Program-made: the position numbers and the translations under genes | NCBI GenBank assembly: GCA_951406725.2 | Contig: OX597821.1 | Span: 15,624,001-15,688,000, forward strand | DNA length: 64,000 nt | Reading direction: 5' to 3' | Origin: Octopus vulgaris | Taxonomy: Eukaryota | The notes under the pieces: generated by a model | Database searches by the model: none | What the model was told of the DNA's origin: nothing | What the model saw: only the letters and a program-made list of their open reading frames with translations | Shown: positions 13,638 through 27,154 of the stretch, piece after piece | How positions within the stretch are numbered: the stretch's first letter is position 1 | Layout: each line of letters opens with the position of its first letter

Positions 13638-16600
13638 CTAAATTATGCAAAAAAATTTCACCAAAACCTGAATTTCTACATTCATAATTAAGCCGTTACA
13701 TCTTTCGTATTTGTGTGAATTTTTGCTAACCTGGTAACTATTTATTTCTTCCGTGCTATTTGTAAACATTGAAAAAATACACATACATTTATATACATAC
13801 ATACGCGCTCGCGCACACAGACACACACACAATCACATATATATATATGACTATATATATTCCAGTACAATCAATTTCTTTTTATTTAGTGTACGCATTA
13901 TATCAATATGTGTCGTTCCAATCCAAACTTATAAAGTATTTTGATTGCTTTCTGCAAATATATTTACAAGATGGAATAATATCCGCAACATAAGCTGCAG
14001 TAAAATACAGCTGTTAAGTTTTAGGAAAGTAATGAGGCTCTGGAAACTTAGGCTGGTGTTTATCTTTGTTTCCATGCCATACAAGCAATGAAATGTATAT
14101 CACCCCAGCTACCATTGAACGAGATGTCATTCTGTGGTAGGCTTCATCAGTCTAAATATTGGAACACCGATCTAAGGCTCGTTAATTTAACATCCTAACC
14201 ACTAAATAACACACTTATATATGAACTTAGGTAAACATTCAACTTGGCGTATTTCCACTTGTGAGACATTATAAATATCAGTTATTTGCGTTTTACGAAC
14301 AATGAAGCTTAAATATATAGCAACTAGGGTTACGATATATATCATACATTAGATCAATATACGCATATGACATCAATAATATATTGAGATAAATAGTTTT
14401 CATCAGACTAGTTCCTTTCAATACTACTCCTGTGGTGTTTAGGTGGTCAAATAATTAGAGCGAAATAGACTTAAGAATGCGTGAGAACATAAAGTTTCAA
14501 TGTACCTCAGCTAAAGCTCAGTTTGTTACTGATTCAGTCACTGGCTTAAGTCTGGTAATATGAATAGTTTTATGTATGCATACACTGGTTTTACTTTCAA
14601 ATTTCAAATTGATAAGGAAGGAACATGTTTCTGAACTTGAATTAGCTGTAAGTAATAACAAATATATTTCAGTCCAGAAATTTATCTGTAAACCCAGGGG
14701 CTAATAATTCACGATATTTATTCCGTAAATATAAATGAATTATCCACGGAACTAGACGTTCAAATTAACATGCACACCAAATAGTGCATAAAAGCCTAAA
14801 AATTAATTAACAAAATGGAAGCGTGTTGAAGTTACTCTAAACGATTCATACATAACAGTGAAGTAATATACCGTCGCACAGCATGTACAGAATCAACTAA
14901 ACTTCTTTCTATTTATAATTTATTCAGAGGATGGAAGAAATGACATAATTATATAGCATCTGAGACACTATGCTGTGTGTATCGGTTGTAGAAACGACGA
15001 ACTATAGTTAACTGCAGTTGGAAGCAGCATCGCATATCGACTTACTGAATGGCCAGATACTATTTTCAATAGCGTTTTCATGGCTTATGATATTCACTTT
15101 CTCTGTCATGTTGTTTAAAAGAACGCCTGATTTGAAGGAGCATCTAAATAGAAAATGGCTGAAGTTTAAATGGGAACCAGTTTAAAAATTAATCAAACAT
15201 TATAAAACGTTGTGAGAGTCTCATGAGCAATTTGCATATAACAAACTACCTCGAAAATATATAAATAATTTATGGAAGTCTAACGAATGCGATAACAAAA
15301 TAAATGCAAAGAGGCTACCAAATGATAATTCATGAGTTTTTTTTAATATATATATATATTTAATAATTCATAAGTACTCATACACGTATCTTTTATACAC
15401 ATGTCATAAATCTAAAATATACAGATATTTTAATGAAGGCTAATAAATTCGGCACCGAATGTAACTAAGTTGACTGACAATAAATCCCAGCAGTAACTAT
15501 TTCACTTCTGTGCCGTCACTAAATAACTCAAGAAACACATTGACGTCACACTATATAATTTAGCCTGTAATCAACATTATCAAGGATTTTTTTCCTGGTG
15601 TAATAAATCAATACTAATGAACACATACCAATATTGTTTTCACTATTGGTATTTAATTTACTTTTCTTTCACCGTTCTGCATTCTGTATAGTTTTTCTAG
15701 AGTTGAAAATAATCCAAAAGTTAAATTAGAAAACATATTTATCAGCAATTCGTTTTTATTTTATCACTCATTCTTTCGCAAATATTTCTCCTGTATTCTT
15801 GTATTCTGCAGATTGCGTCGTCTTTCTCCTATTCACTTTAGAAATATAAAATCTCAAATATCCAAAGTTTAGACTATTATATTTCTGAATTCCATATTTA
15901 AATAAAATATTTTTTAGATATTTCTCCATTCCGGTATGAGCAATCATTGCTGAGTGGAGAAAGAGAATATATCTGCCCCTTACCACAATCGACCCTGAAT
16001 AATGATTGATAAATTCGACGGCAGTTGGAGTAGAAATCCTAATGAAATCACCCAAAGAAATATTGTAAGACATAAACATTATGAAGGTCTGATTTCTCAT
16101 ATAATACTACTCCCAGTATCTCTATAACAATTTTAAAGACTGTAATTTCTACAAAAGATGATTGTTATCACTATGTTTGGGGGAGATAAATCTGTGGTCA
16201 TTGTCCTGTGCTTTTCATCAATAACAAAATTCAATTTTATGTAACTGCATGTCTTTATTACACTGACTTCCCAAACATTTCCAAACATTTTGTCACACTG
16301 CCAAAACAGATTCTATAACTTTAGAAATAAATATAGAAGTTTGTAGAAGTTTATTGGAAGCTTTATGTTTTTAAGGCATATTGGAATGTAATCGTCATAT
16401 GGATTATCTCTCTCTCTCTCACTCACATAATACGCAGTTACACACATATGTCACAATACAAATCAAATGTTGATCTCTTGAATGCATTTAATACACGTGT
16501 TTCAAGTAACTATGTAAGAAATATTTTTCTTACAGTCAAAACATTTCAAAATATGTTGATATAAATCTTTATTATATATTACATGACTCCACGCTATTAC

Positions 16601-17349
16601 AGTCTGGCTTGTCTATGCTTTGTATTCGCGATTAATATAACGAGGATTTGGAATGGAATGTGTGCTGGACCGGAATCAAGATACACTAACATACGCACAT
16701 ACAGACTTTTGCCCCTTTGGGCTAAGTGTGTGTGTGAATGTATGCATTTAAATAAACTAACACTTACTCATAAATATTTCAATATCAAACCTATGTGTGT
16801 GTGTGTGTGTGTGATGTTTTTTTAGTATTTGCAAGTACGTTTCGTCACGTACATGCAAACATTCTCCCGCACTAATACAAGCTTATGTACACATCTCAAA
16901 CTTGAGTAATGTGTTTCTCTCAGATAATAGCCGCACGTGTTTTATATGAATTGAGGATTCTTGTTCAGAATTTAATTTACCTGATTGCGTCGGGGAATTC
17001 CTAAATGTTCATAATTTGCGTAAGCAGAAAACCGGCTTTATTAGAACTTACAACGCTGACACTTTACTACTCAACATCGCTATAATTTTACTCCACTTTT
17101 CCCTTTCAGATGTAATATTTTGATGGTGATACTATGCCGTACTTTAAACATTTCTATTGCATAACTAAATATGGTTGATCTACTACTACACCCTCCTCCT
17201 CCTTGTCCTCCACTTCATCAACGTCATCATCATTATCATAATCATTAACATCATCATCATCACCATCATCATCGCGATGATTATGATGATGATGATGAGG
17301 ATGATGATGATCATCATGAACATCGTCATTATCATCGTCATGTATAACT

Positions 17350-17700
17350 TCGTTTGAATTATGTTTCTTTCTTATATCTTGCCGAGTTCAACCCGATCCC
17401 TGAAGCAAAATTTGGTAAATTCACTTTAACCATCAACTGGCTTTCATCTTCAACCATAAGAGACACTAAATGTGTTTACAAGTTATAGTAATTGATAATG
17501 TTCTTCTAAAGACAGATACTGTACCACTCAGAAAAAAGTTTTCTGTATGTCTTGCAGAGATGACTTTCCAGGGAATCTGCTCCAAATACTTTTCCGTTTC
17601 TTTTCTTGTCCTTCTAACTGTACCGACCATCACCGGTACTGTATAGGCCTAAAGATGTCACATTCTCTCAAGTACATTCAGTTATCGCATCTTATAGATG
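17350..17700 (-). mobile_element. R4/Dong-type element 3' end (RLE domain)
   Basis: Minus strand translates TVPVMVGTVR..KETEKYLEQIP..SLQDIQK..GTVSVFRRTLS, the conserved RLE C-terminus. Confidence 0.75.
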
Positions 17701-17703
17701 CTA

Positions 17704-18017
17704 ACTGACACTCCGTCGGTTACGACGTTGATCCGATCAACGGAACAGCCTGCTCCTGAAATTAACGTGCAAGTGGCTGAGCACTCCACAGAAACGCCAA
17801 CGCTTAAAGTAGTTTTCAGGAAGATTCAACGTGGCAAGGTGTGTGATAAGGCTGGCGCTTTGAAATACAGGTAATACTCATTTTTGCCAGCGGAATGGTT
17901 TGGAGCAACGGGAAAGAAAGTATTTTGCTCAGAGACACAACGCCTCCCCGGGAATTGAACTCACAACCTTGCAGTCGTGAGCCGAAAACGCTACTAAACC
18001 ATGCGCCTTCACTTAGG
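17704..18017 (-). mobile_element. tRNA-derived SINE (family D)
   Basis: tRNA-like head with B box GAGTTCAATTCC on the minus strand; body shared with copies at 23803 and 33169; candidate TSD AGATGCTA at 17696-17703 and 18018-18025. Confidence 0.85.
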
Positions 18018-18040
18018 AGATGCTAGAATCAGATTATGTA

Positions 18041-19325
18041 CGAGGGGCGTTCAATAAGTAATGACCCTGACCCATAGGAGTAGAGCAACGAAACTTGGCA
18101 CAGTTATTAGTCTTTTTCTACATAGGAATCACCCAGAGTTACGCATTTCTGCCATCGTTTGATGCAGCGCTGGAGACCGTTTTTGTAGAAGACCCCAGCT
18201 TGGTCCTCCAACCACGACGTGACTTTAGAAATCAAGGCTGCATCATCTGTGAAATGCTTTCCTTTAACAAAAAACTTCATGGCTGGGAAGAGGTGAAAAT
18301 CAGAGGATGCAAGGTCAGGAGCGTAGAGGGAATGGGGGAGGCGTTCATAGCAGCACGCCTGTGCTTCTGATCTGGCGACACGTGAGTTGTGAACCGGAGC
18401 GTTGTCCTGCAGGAGGAGGATGCCTTTGCTGATCTTGCCCCACCTCTTGGTTTTGATAGCTTCTCATAATTTCCTCAAAAGTGAAGCATAATAGGCTCCT
18501 GTAATTGTGGTACCCTTTGCCAGGAAATCTGTCATCACTACTCCGTCCTGGTCCTAGAAGACTGTGAGCATGACCTTGCCAGCGGAGAACTGTACCCTTG
18601 CCTTCTTTGGAGGAGGTGAGTCACGGTGCTTCCACTGCATTGACTGGGCTTTGGTCTCTGAATCATAGTGATGGACCCAGGTTTCATCCTGTGTAATCAG
18701 TCTTTTGAAAAATTTTGACTCATCTTCTTGGCACATCTCCAAATTCATCCTCGAGCACTCGACGCGTTCTTGCTTCTGGAAAGGTGTGAGCAACCTGAGA
18801 ATCCATCTGGCAGACACCTTTTGCATATGCAAATGGTCATGAATGATAGTTTCCACAGACGCGGTACTAATCTTGACCTCATGGGCTATTTGGCCGAATA
18901 GTTATGCATCGATCTTCCAAAATGGCAGCCTCAACTTGACGGACAGATGCCTCATCAATAGCAGAAGGGGTGACCAGATCTGGGAGCTGTTTCCACAGAG
19001 TTCCGACCATGTTTGAATTCACGATGCCAGCGTTTTACAAGGTCATATGTTGGGGCATCATCACCATAAGTTACTTTCATTTCATCAAAAGTCTCCTGTG
19101 GTGTGCGTCCTTTCAAATACAAAAACCGGATCACTGTTCGACACTCAACAGGCTCCATTTCACACTTGACTCAGTTCAAACACCTGTAAATCAGAAACCA
19201 CAAGTAGCTTAGAGCTGTAATTTGCCACTTAATCTATAGAGATATAAATAATTGCACATGCAAAATTTCAGCTAGATCAAACAACTGCAAGTGGGTCATA
19301 GGCATTACTTATTGAACGTCCCTCG
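18041..19325 (-). mobile_element. Full-length mariner DNA transposon (1285 bp), inactive
   Basis: About 34-bp imperfect TIRs beginning CGAGGG(G/A)CGTTCAATAAGTAATG, flanked by TA (18039-18040 and 19326-19327). Confidence 0.95.
18107..19158 (-). pseudogene. Mariner transposase pseudogene (DDD catalytic motifs)
   Basis: N-terminal HTH (MEPVECRTVIRFLYLKG..), WILRLL (WVPREL-like), ITQDETWVHHYD, LLQDNAPVH, HSLYAPDLASSDFHLF, ends YVEKD*. Frameshift near 18950 and a W-to-stop at 18554. Confidence 0.93.
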
Positions 19326-19327
19326 TA

Positions 19328-21048
19328 AATTAAAATGCATGTATTTTTACGGTTCTTCACAATTATATCGTGGGTTTGATTTTGACCATTCTCTCGGTGT
19401 TCACAAGAAAATCTCGAAGGATTGTCACATCATCGTACTCTCTTTCTGCATCTGAGTGATAGTTGTATCATCTTTTCTCTGTCTTTATATTGTCAGATCT
19501 GCATATTACCCAATGTAATACTACGACAACTTTCTAGGATAATACAGTTAATCAGAAGTCGGTATTTACAGTTGTAAGAACCAGTGTTTTTCTCAGTGAT
19601 CTGCATAATTTCGTTATAAAATGTTAGCAGTATATCATATGTAGCTGCTAGAGAACACCACCAGAAGATTGGCACAGTTTCATTGCCAGGAGGTTTACAT
19701 TTGTTGGGTTTCTTTACTGCTAACTCAAATTCTGCTATAGTTCTGTCTAGTTGCATCAGCTTTTTTAAATTACAGAATGCGCTCTATCCATTCTGAATTG
19801 TCATTACTGGATTTTTCTGTATTCCATATTGTTTTCCGAACTCCTTCAATCTCAAAAATGGAAGAAGTTTCCTTTACTCAAATTGTCTATGTCCCACTTT
19901 ACATGTACGCCCCTTTTGCATCTGACAAAAACAGCTAATTTTGCTCCTCGAACCTGTTTCGTCTTTCGAATTTTCTGATTCTTGGAAATCTCAGCTGTAT
20001 TTTCGGTTTCAGTGTCTCTTTGGTCAATAGAAAAACATGCTTTGAAGTATTTTATATTTCTTAATCACCTTTCACATTTTGGTCTTCCGAATTGTTTTAG
20101 CGGATTCTGTGTGAGTCCTGCGTCATTTTCGTCTTTTCTTTGACATAGATTTTCGTTCTGCTACCGCATTCAATTCTGATACATCAGGTTCTATGTTTTT
20201 CACTTATTGCATTAACAGACTGATTTCCAATAAATAAAAAAAAAATGTTTTGTGTTCTAGTCGTTTTTGTCAGTTTCTGCAATGCCTTGCAGTTAGTCAT
20301 ACAAATGATTTTTACTTTATCAAACTCAATGATTATTTCTTGCTTTGTTTGTTCAAGCCGATCTTTATACTCATGAACAAAAGTATCCCCATCCATATTG
20401 TTTATGTTTTCAGATTGAATCTGTTCCGTTTTATTTCTGACACTTTTGATTTTATTGTAATTTCTTCCGAAGACAACTTAGTCACTAAGTTTTTTTAGTT
20501 TCTCTCCAGTCACATTATACCTGATGTTCATGTTCTCAAATCTTTTTCAACTTTCCTCTTGATTTCATTTAACTATGCGTCTGTTAGTCGCTTGTTTCTA
20601 GGAAAATCACTTCTTACATTAGAAATTTGTTTGCGTTCATGTTTAGACTCATTGTTTGATTTCTTCCCCTCAATACACTTAAGAAATATACCTTCTCTTT
20701 TGATACATATATTTTTCCAACGAGTGATAACATGCCTTTATCACTATATATCATTTGCTTATGCTCTTCTCGGTTTCTTTTGATACGTTTAGATATTTGT
20801 CTTTCTTCTACTCTTGAATTAGGAGAGCATGGGTTCATATTGATCTGTATTTGTAGAAGAGCTTCTTCCAGCTGCAGACTTTTATACTCCATATTGGACG
20901 TAGCCCTTTTTGATCCGAACGATCACCGATCTGGTATGAGTAATTTTCCCTTTACCACCAAGGGTTAAGTTACTTCACGTTAACACTTCTACGGCGATTA
21001 TTAAACAAGAGTTTTGACTCGTCTTGTCCATGAGACATGGCTACTCCG
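19328..21048 (-). mobile_element. R4/Dong-type element, 5' and RT remnants with internal deletions; continuous with 17350-17700
   Basis: KPNKCKPPGNETVPIFW (K.PG.D.I..FW motif), then TILRDF..DIIVKNRKNTCILI running into the mariner TA. Confidence 0.75.
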
Positions 21049-21084
21049 CATAATAATAATAATCTTTAAAAACTTGTATATATA

Positions 21085-21475
21085 CAGCTTTCTGTGGCCG
21101 AACACACAAACGATCATCTTTGAAAACTTCGAAACTAATATCTACAAGTTTCTGTGAATATCCTTTCCTTTCTCCTTGATTATTCGGAAATGTAAACATA
21201 CTTGTATTTCAAGAACACTAGAGTTTTCTATGGTCGGACACACAAGCCATTATGTATAAAAAATTTTAAGGCTTTAATAACTACAAATTTTTGTGAAAAC
21301 TTTACCCTTCTTTCCTCCCTGACGACTCGAATATGTAAACATACCTTTTATTGCAACAACACTACTAAACTCACGATAAAAACTAAGGAGATAACTGCCA
21401 ATATATACAAACTGCACAATTACGAAAAACTGTAAACTACTCAAAACTTATAAAGAGAAAAGAAAAATTCAATGG
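21085..21475 (+). repeat. Interspersed repeat with an internal approximately 140-bp duplicated unit, homologous to 36605-36965
   Basis: Shared CGGACA(C/T)ACAAACGATCATCTTT, TTTCTGTGAA and CACAATTAC.AAAACTGTA blocks. Confidence 0.7.
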
Positions 21476-21486
21476 TGTAAATAACA

Positions 21487-21552
<66 letters not shown>

Positions 21553-21717
21553 GGCGCAGGAGTGGCTGTGTGGTAAGTAGCTTGCTAACCAACCACATGG
21601 TTCCGGGTTCAGTCCCACTGCGTGGCATCTTGGGCAAGTATCTTCTGCTATAGCCCCGGGCCGACCAATGCCTTGTGAGTGGATTTGGTAGACGGAAACT
21701 GAAAGAAGCCTGTCGTA

Positions 21718-21774
<57 letters not shown>

Positions 21775-21984
21775 TTGTGTGTCTGTGTTTGTCCCCCTAG
21801 CATTGCTTGACAACCGATGCTGGTGTGTTTACGTCCCCATCACTTAGCGGTTCGGCAAAAGAGACGACAGAATAAGTACTGGGCTTACAAAGAATAAGTC
21901 CCGGGGTCGATTTGCTCGACTAAAAAGGCGGTGCTCCAGCATGGCCGCAGTCAAATGACTGAAACAAGTAAAAGAGTAAGGAGT
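21553..21984 (+). mobile_element. tRNA-derived SINE (family A) with internal microsatellite
   Basis: GGCGCAGGAGTGGCTGTGTGGTAAG head, B-box-like GGTTCAGTCCC, internal (TA)n(TG)n, AAAAGAGTA tail; five recognisable copies in the window. Confidence 0.93.
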
Positions 21985-22199
21985 ATATATATATATATAT
22001 ATTATCATTATTTTCTATCAGTAATCAAAACAGAACAAGGTGTGTCAGTCCTTTCCAAGACAAAGGTCAGTTCTGTCATCGGTCCCGAGAAGTTGAAAAC
22101 ACATTTGACATCTGCTGACTGCTAGGGTGTGACGCTTCCTCATTTCTTTCGTGATCTCAATGGAATACAAAGACCTATTACTACTACTACTACTATACA

Positions 22200-22590
22200 T
22201 TGAGTCAACAAACAAAGCAGCAATTTACAACGGTGAGAGGAGAATGCCCAAAGACAAAAACAACAACTACTACAACATTGCTTGTTTTAACCTTTTATGG
22301 AAAGTGTTAACAGGCATCGTCGCAGGAAAAATATATACGTTCTTTGCGGAAGACAATCTATGCCAGTAGAGCAAAAGGGATAACAAAAAAGATCCAAGGG
22401 TACCAAGGACCACGTTGTGATAAACAATGTTGTAATAAAGAACTACAAACGGTACCAAAAAAAAACAAAAAAACCTATGCATGAGAATTGAGAATTGCAA
22501 CCACCGAGACATGGCAGCTACGAGAGTCAGACATATTGGTTGTCCCTATTGTCATCGGAGCACTGGATTCGATATTATCCAAGTAAAACT
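22200..22590 (+). mobile_element. R4/Dong-type RT and RLE fragments, heavily deleted
   Basis: IACFNLLWKVLTGIVA..IY, EQKG..KGTKDH..IN and VPIVIGALD motifs. Confidence 0.75.
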
Positions 22591-23802
22591 AAGCTAAGAG
22601 CACAACATTCCTTGGAAGAAAGAAAGCGAATGTATACGAAAGGAAGGAAAAATGGTACACAAATACAAACAATAGGACATTAACAACAGGTGTCTTTCGA
22701 CTAAGGACGAATTGAATTAAGCTGGCGTGTGTGGAAGTGGGGCCTCACACCAGAGGCATAAGATATGAATGTCATGGGAAAGAATACAGATGTTGCACAC
22801 ATGGTAGTATGACCCGGATTGGGAGATGAATATTCTTTTTTTGTAGTTTAACAATGACACTAATGGTTTCATGTGCAGTAGATTAGGATTATTGTTGAAG
22901 TTCCCCACCTTTCGGTCGCGGTACATATTCCCATACTGGACGACATTACACGTGTTATACGTGAAAGAGTACAAAACTTCAAAACATGCACAAAGATCAG
23001 GAAATGTACCGTATAGGAATATCTTGATTGTTATCTCTACTGCGTTGGCCTGAGATTTACCATATAATAATCAATTCTTTAATTATATTATTCTAGAACA
23101 CTGCCGCAAACACACACACGCACGCATGCACACACATTTGAACGCCAAATCAATACATTATATGTCCACATCTTTAATTTGACTATATGTGTACGCACAC
23201 ATAAGTGTATATATAATTTATTATATATATATATATATACATGTATATAAAAGATGTTTATGTATATGATGCACGCATGCACACACATTTGAACACACAT
23301 ATAGATATATATATATTTATAAACATACATAAATTAATGCACACATGTACACTTTTATATTTATACTTATATCAATATAAATGCATATATACATAAACAG
23401 ACACGCACTTATATATGTACTTTTCTTCACGTGCTTGAATAACTGTGATAAATGTATCTAGTGAATAAATAAATATATAATGAAATGAGATTTGTGGCTA
23501 GGTGTCTGACCCTTAAACGGAAGGCTTTTGATACTTTCATTCAAAAGCTCTATTTTCTGAACAAAAGGCTGAACAATTCCTGAACAAAAAGCGTTTCTTA
23601 TCAAAACTTAATTATTAACAAAAGGAATTTCATTGTGTCGTTCTTTGTAATAAAGAAGTAAATACTTATTCGGAAAATTGCAAGTCTAATATATTAACAA
23701 AAATAATGTAATAAAAAAGGTGAGAGCGACACGGGATTTTGCAGTCGAAAATTTGTAAAGAAAATTATGCGTGTAACCATGAAACGTTGGTGTAATAAAG
23801 AT

Positions 23803-24141
23803 TTGTTTTTTAAAGAAGCACTTCGTCGGTTGTGACGACGAGGGTCCCAACTGATACGATCAGCGGAACAGCTTGCTCGTGAAATTAACGTTTAAGTGGC
23901 TAAGCACTCCACAAACACGTGTACCCTTAACGTTGTTCTCGGGAGATTCAGCGTGACACAGTGTGTGACAAGGCTGGACCTTTGAAATACAGGTATTACT
24001 CATTTTTGCCAGCTGAGTGGACTGGAGCAACGTGAAATGAAGTGTCTTGCTCAAAGATACAACGCGCCGCCAGGAATTGAACTCATGACCTTACGATCAT
24101 GAGCCGAATGCCCCTAACCACTAAGCCAAGCGCCTTCACTA
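23803..24141 (-). mobile_element. tRNA-derived SINE (family D), full length
   Basis: A box TGGCTTAGTGG, B box GAGTTCAATTCC; 10-bp TSD TAATAAAGAT at 23793-23802 and 24142-24151. Confidence 0.9.
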
Positions 24142-26668
24142 TAATAAAGATACTGGAATTATAATAAATTAACGAAGGAACAGAAATTGAGTTGGGGAGA
24201 GAAAGTCAGTGCTGTGGAAAAAGGGTGTGAAAGGGTGGGCAAAAGATAATGTGAAATATAGAATAGTGTAATAGAGATACATTGAGTAGTAGGAAGAAAT
24301 TTGAAATATACAACTCTAGGGAGAAAAGAAGACAAAGAGAGAAGGGAGAGAGATTTTATTTGTGTATCTATGAAGTAGAATATCTAATTCAGGTACATAG
24401 CGCCATTTCACTGATTGTTATTAAGAGCACTGACAAGTGTGAGGTGAACTATGTGTCACTGAAATAAATTGTTTGGGATGGGTCAAATATCCAGAGGCGA
24501 AATTTTCAATGGATTCAATTAATTCTATTGACCGAACCAACACGATGACAAGTGTAAAGTTAATTGCCAATTAACAATTGTTTTCGCTATTTTAAAATAA
24601 ACGTAAGAATGAAAATCCAAATGAAGAATGAAAGTTAAATCTCCCGAAGTTTTTAAAAGAAGAAATGTAAAAGAATGGAGAAGAATAACGCAAAAATTAA
24701 CAATATCAATACCAACAACAAAAATTAAGTATTTTCGCATATTTGAACAAGTCTATTTATGTTATTCAGTATTATACGTTTCACAAACTCCCTTTAATAC
24801 TGGAAGGTTATTGATGAGAATAATATGAAAATTATATTATCCAAATCACGATAACATCGCTTCTGACAATGCACTACGAAAGACAACAGCCAACACCTGT
24901 ACCAATGGCTTCCACCTACGTCTCACTAAATTAATCTAGCTGCTAATTCAGATTCTCCTTTTCATGTGTAGTGTTTTATAAAGCAACGCTTGCTCAACTG
25001 AAGATTTCTCGAGGTACTACACGTGACGATTGTCACCGATGATTATCTCAACACCCGAACTTATTTAGATCCCGAATTAGATAATGCTGCATCAGTGCAG
25101 AATATACAGACTTCAGAACTTGAAAAATATTTGTTTTTGCAAAACCAGAGGCAAAATCGAATAGGCTCTCTTTTTACAAAACCAATGAATAAATGTCATA
25201 TTTGTCTTGCTGGGAAGATGCAAATATTGCAACATACCGCTGTAAGTTTCAACTTGAAAAGAAGATTTTTATGCTACTTTCATCAATGGAATTGATATAA
25301 TCAAATGTCAAATAAGTATTTAATAACTTCATTGATAAATATTATTCAAATTGCACTTGAATGAATGCTTTGGATAACGGTATTCCCTTTTGCTGCAAAG
25401 TTTTTCCCTAAATAAAGCCACGCAGTTGTTGAATAAATGCTCATACCTAAGCAATATAAACGTAACTGAAACATGGCGCAATGATAAAGAATATTCTTTA
25501 AAATTCTTGATTTCTCCATAACTGTGTAGTCAATAGCTCATATGAAGAAATAGACATTTTCTGTAACTATAAACGTTGGCGTGATGAGGGATTAAGATAT
25601 AAACACAAAAACACGCAAATATAAATACACAGATAAACCTACACACAATATTAAGGTAGGATTTCGAATTGTAAATATTTTCACTTTTACGTTTCTACTA
25701 CAATTTTCAAACAAATAATATAATAACAGGCGATAATCTTTTTTTTGACAATGGGATAGAAACGTGAAATTTAAATATCGACAATTTCAAATTAGGGACA
25801 TGTGTCTGTGAATATATGTGTGTGCTTGCGTGTCTGTTCGTATGTCAGCCCGCGTTTATTTGTTTAATGGCACCTTCAAATAAACTATGGCCCCTATATT
25901 TTATATGCATAAGGAGAATTGTGATGAATATTGTATTATATTGTGGATGTATATCTTATTTTATTTTGTATCTTCAACAAGATATTCAACAGGCTTATAA
26001 CAAAACTGATTTTCCCATGAAGAATTATTCGGCTTTCATTTAACTCACAAGGCGATTGCAATAATTCTTCAACTTCAAATTGTACATTGATTTTCCATTA
26101 AACAATTTACGGAAGTCATAGGTCTTCTGAAAATACACACGACTGGACATTCTTCAGTTAAAGTAGTTAGAGCTCATGTTTTAAGGAAGGAACATAAAAC
26201 CATTAACCTAATATATATTGAGACATGCAAATGCCTAATATATCTCTCTAGTTAATGTGATTCCAAAATAAAGGAAACAAAAAATTGTTGTGTATCTTTA
26301 TACATATGTACATATATGTAGGGTTACATATGTATACACGTGTGCTCAAATGTGTATGTATACTGTCACTTACATATATCTATGTAAGGAGTAAGCAGAT
26401 TATATTTAAACAAAACATACGTGGAATAATCGTTACACATCTATATGAAATACCGAAAGGAAATTTTGAAGCATGTGATTCAGAGAAAAGAGTGCACGAA
26501 AGTTGGAATAATTAACACAAGAATTCTATAAAAACCGACATGTGCATTACATATATAAATCAAACACCCCATCACACATACATACATACATATGCACACA
26601 TAATACACGCCCACACACAAACACACATATATACACCTATAATTAAACATACATAAACAATACATATA

Positions 26669-26920
26669 CATTATTTACATTATTTACATTTGACGGATAT
26701 TTGTCCTCATTTTGTTTGTTGCTAACACAACGATTCGGCTGACATACCCCCCAGCCTTCATCAAGTGTCTTGGAGCAATTTCGAACCTGGGTTCTCATTG
26801 CTAAGGTATTTTTCGATGTTATTATTAGTATCCCGCACCATATGCCCTCAGGCATATGGCGTAGTGGTTAAGAGCGCGATCTACTAACCCCAAGATTCCT
26901 AGTTCGATTCCATACAATGT

Positions 26921-26971
<51 letters not shown>

Positions 26972-27154
26972 CAACAACAACGTCCAAAAATAACTTAGGA
27001 ATGAGAGCCCAGGTTCGAAATTGCCCCAAGAAACCTGATGAAGGCTGCAGGGTATATCGGCGGAAACGTTGTGTTAACAACAAAAAGATGAGGACAAATA
27101 TCCGTCAAATGTAAATAATGTACATAATTCCTCATCTCTTAAATATAGAATTGA
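26669..27154 (+). mobile_element. Family E composite: inverted deleted copy (26669-26846, minus) plus full copy (26851-27154, plus) of a tRNA-headed, hammerhead-bearing short element
   Basis: A box TGGCGTAGTGG, B box AGTTCGATTCC, (AAT)n, CTGATGA..GAAACGTT; flanking 16-bp direct repeat ATAAA(C/T)AATACATATA at 26653-26668 and 27155-27170. Confidence 0.85.
27030..27075 (+). ncRNA. Hammerhead ribozyme motif (family E), stem II mutated
   Basis: CTGATGA 27035-27041, A-GGCTG..CGGCG, GAAACGTT, GTGTT. Confidence 0.6.

Noticed and set aside
15768-16100. 110-aa minus-strand ORF
   Set aside because: No recognisable motif or splice context; compatible with a chance ORF.
22600-23050. PLE terminus with a ribozyme
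   Set aside because: Looks like a repeat, but no hammerhead core was found on either strand.
25023-25295. 90-aa ORF in unique sequence
   Set aside because: Non-ATG start and no recognisable homology.
26851-26925. Functional tRNA gene (and similar heads at 6073, 21553, 24070-24135)
   Set aside because: No complete acceptor stem or terminator; each runs into a repeated SINE body.
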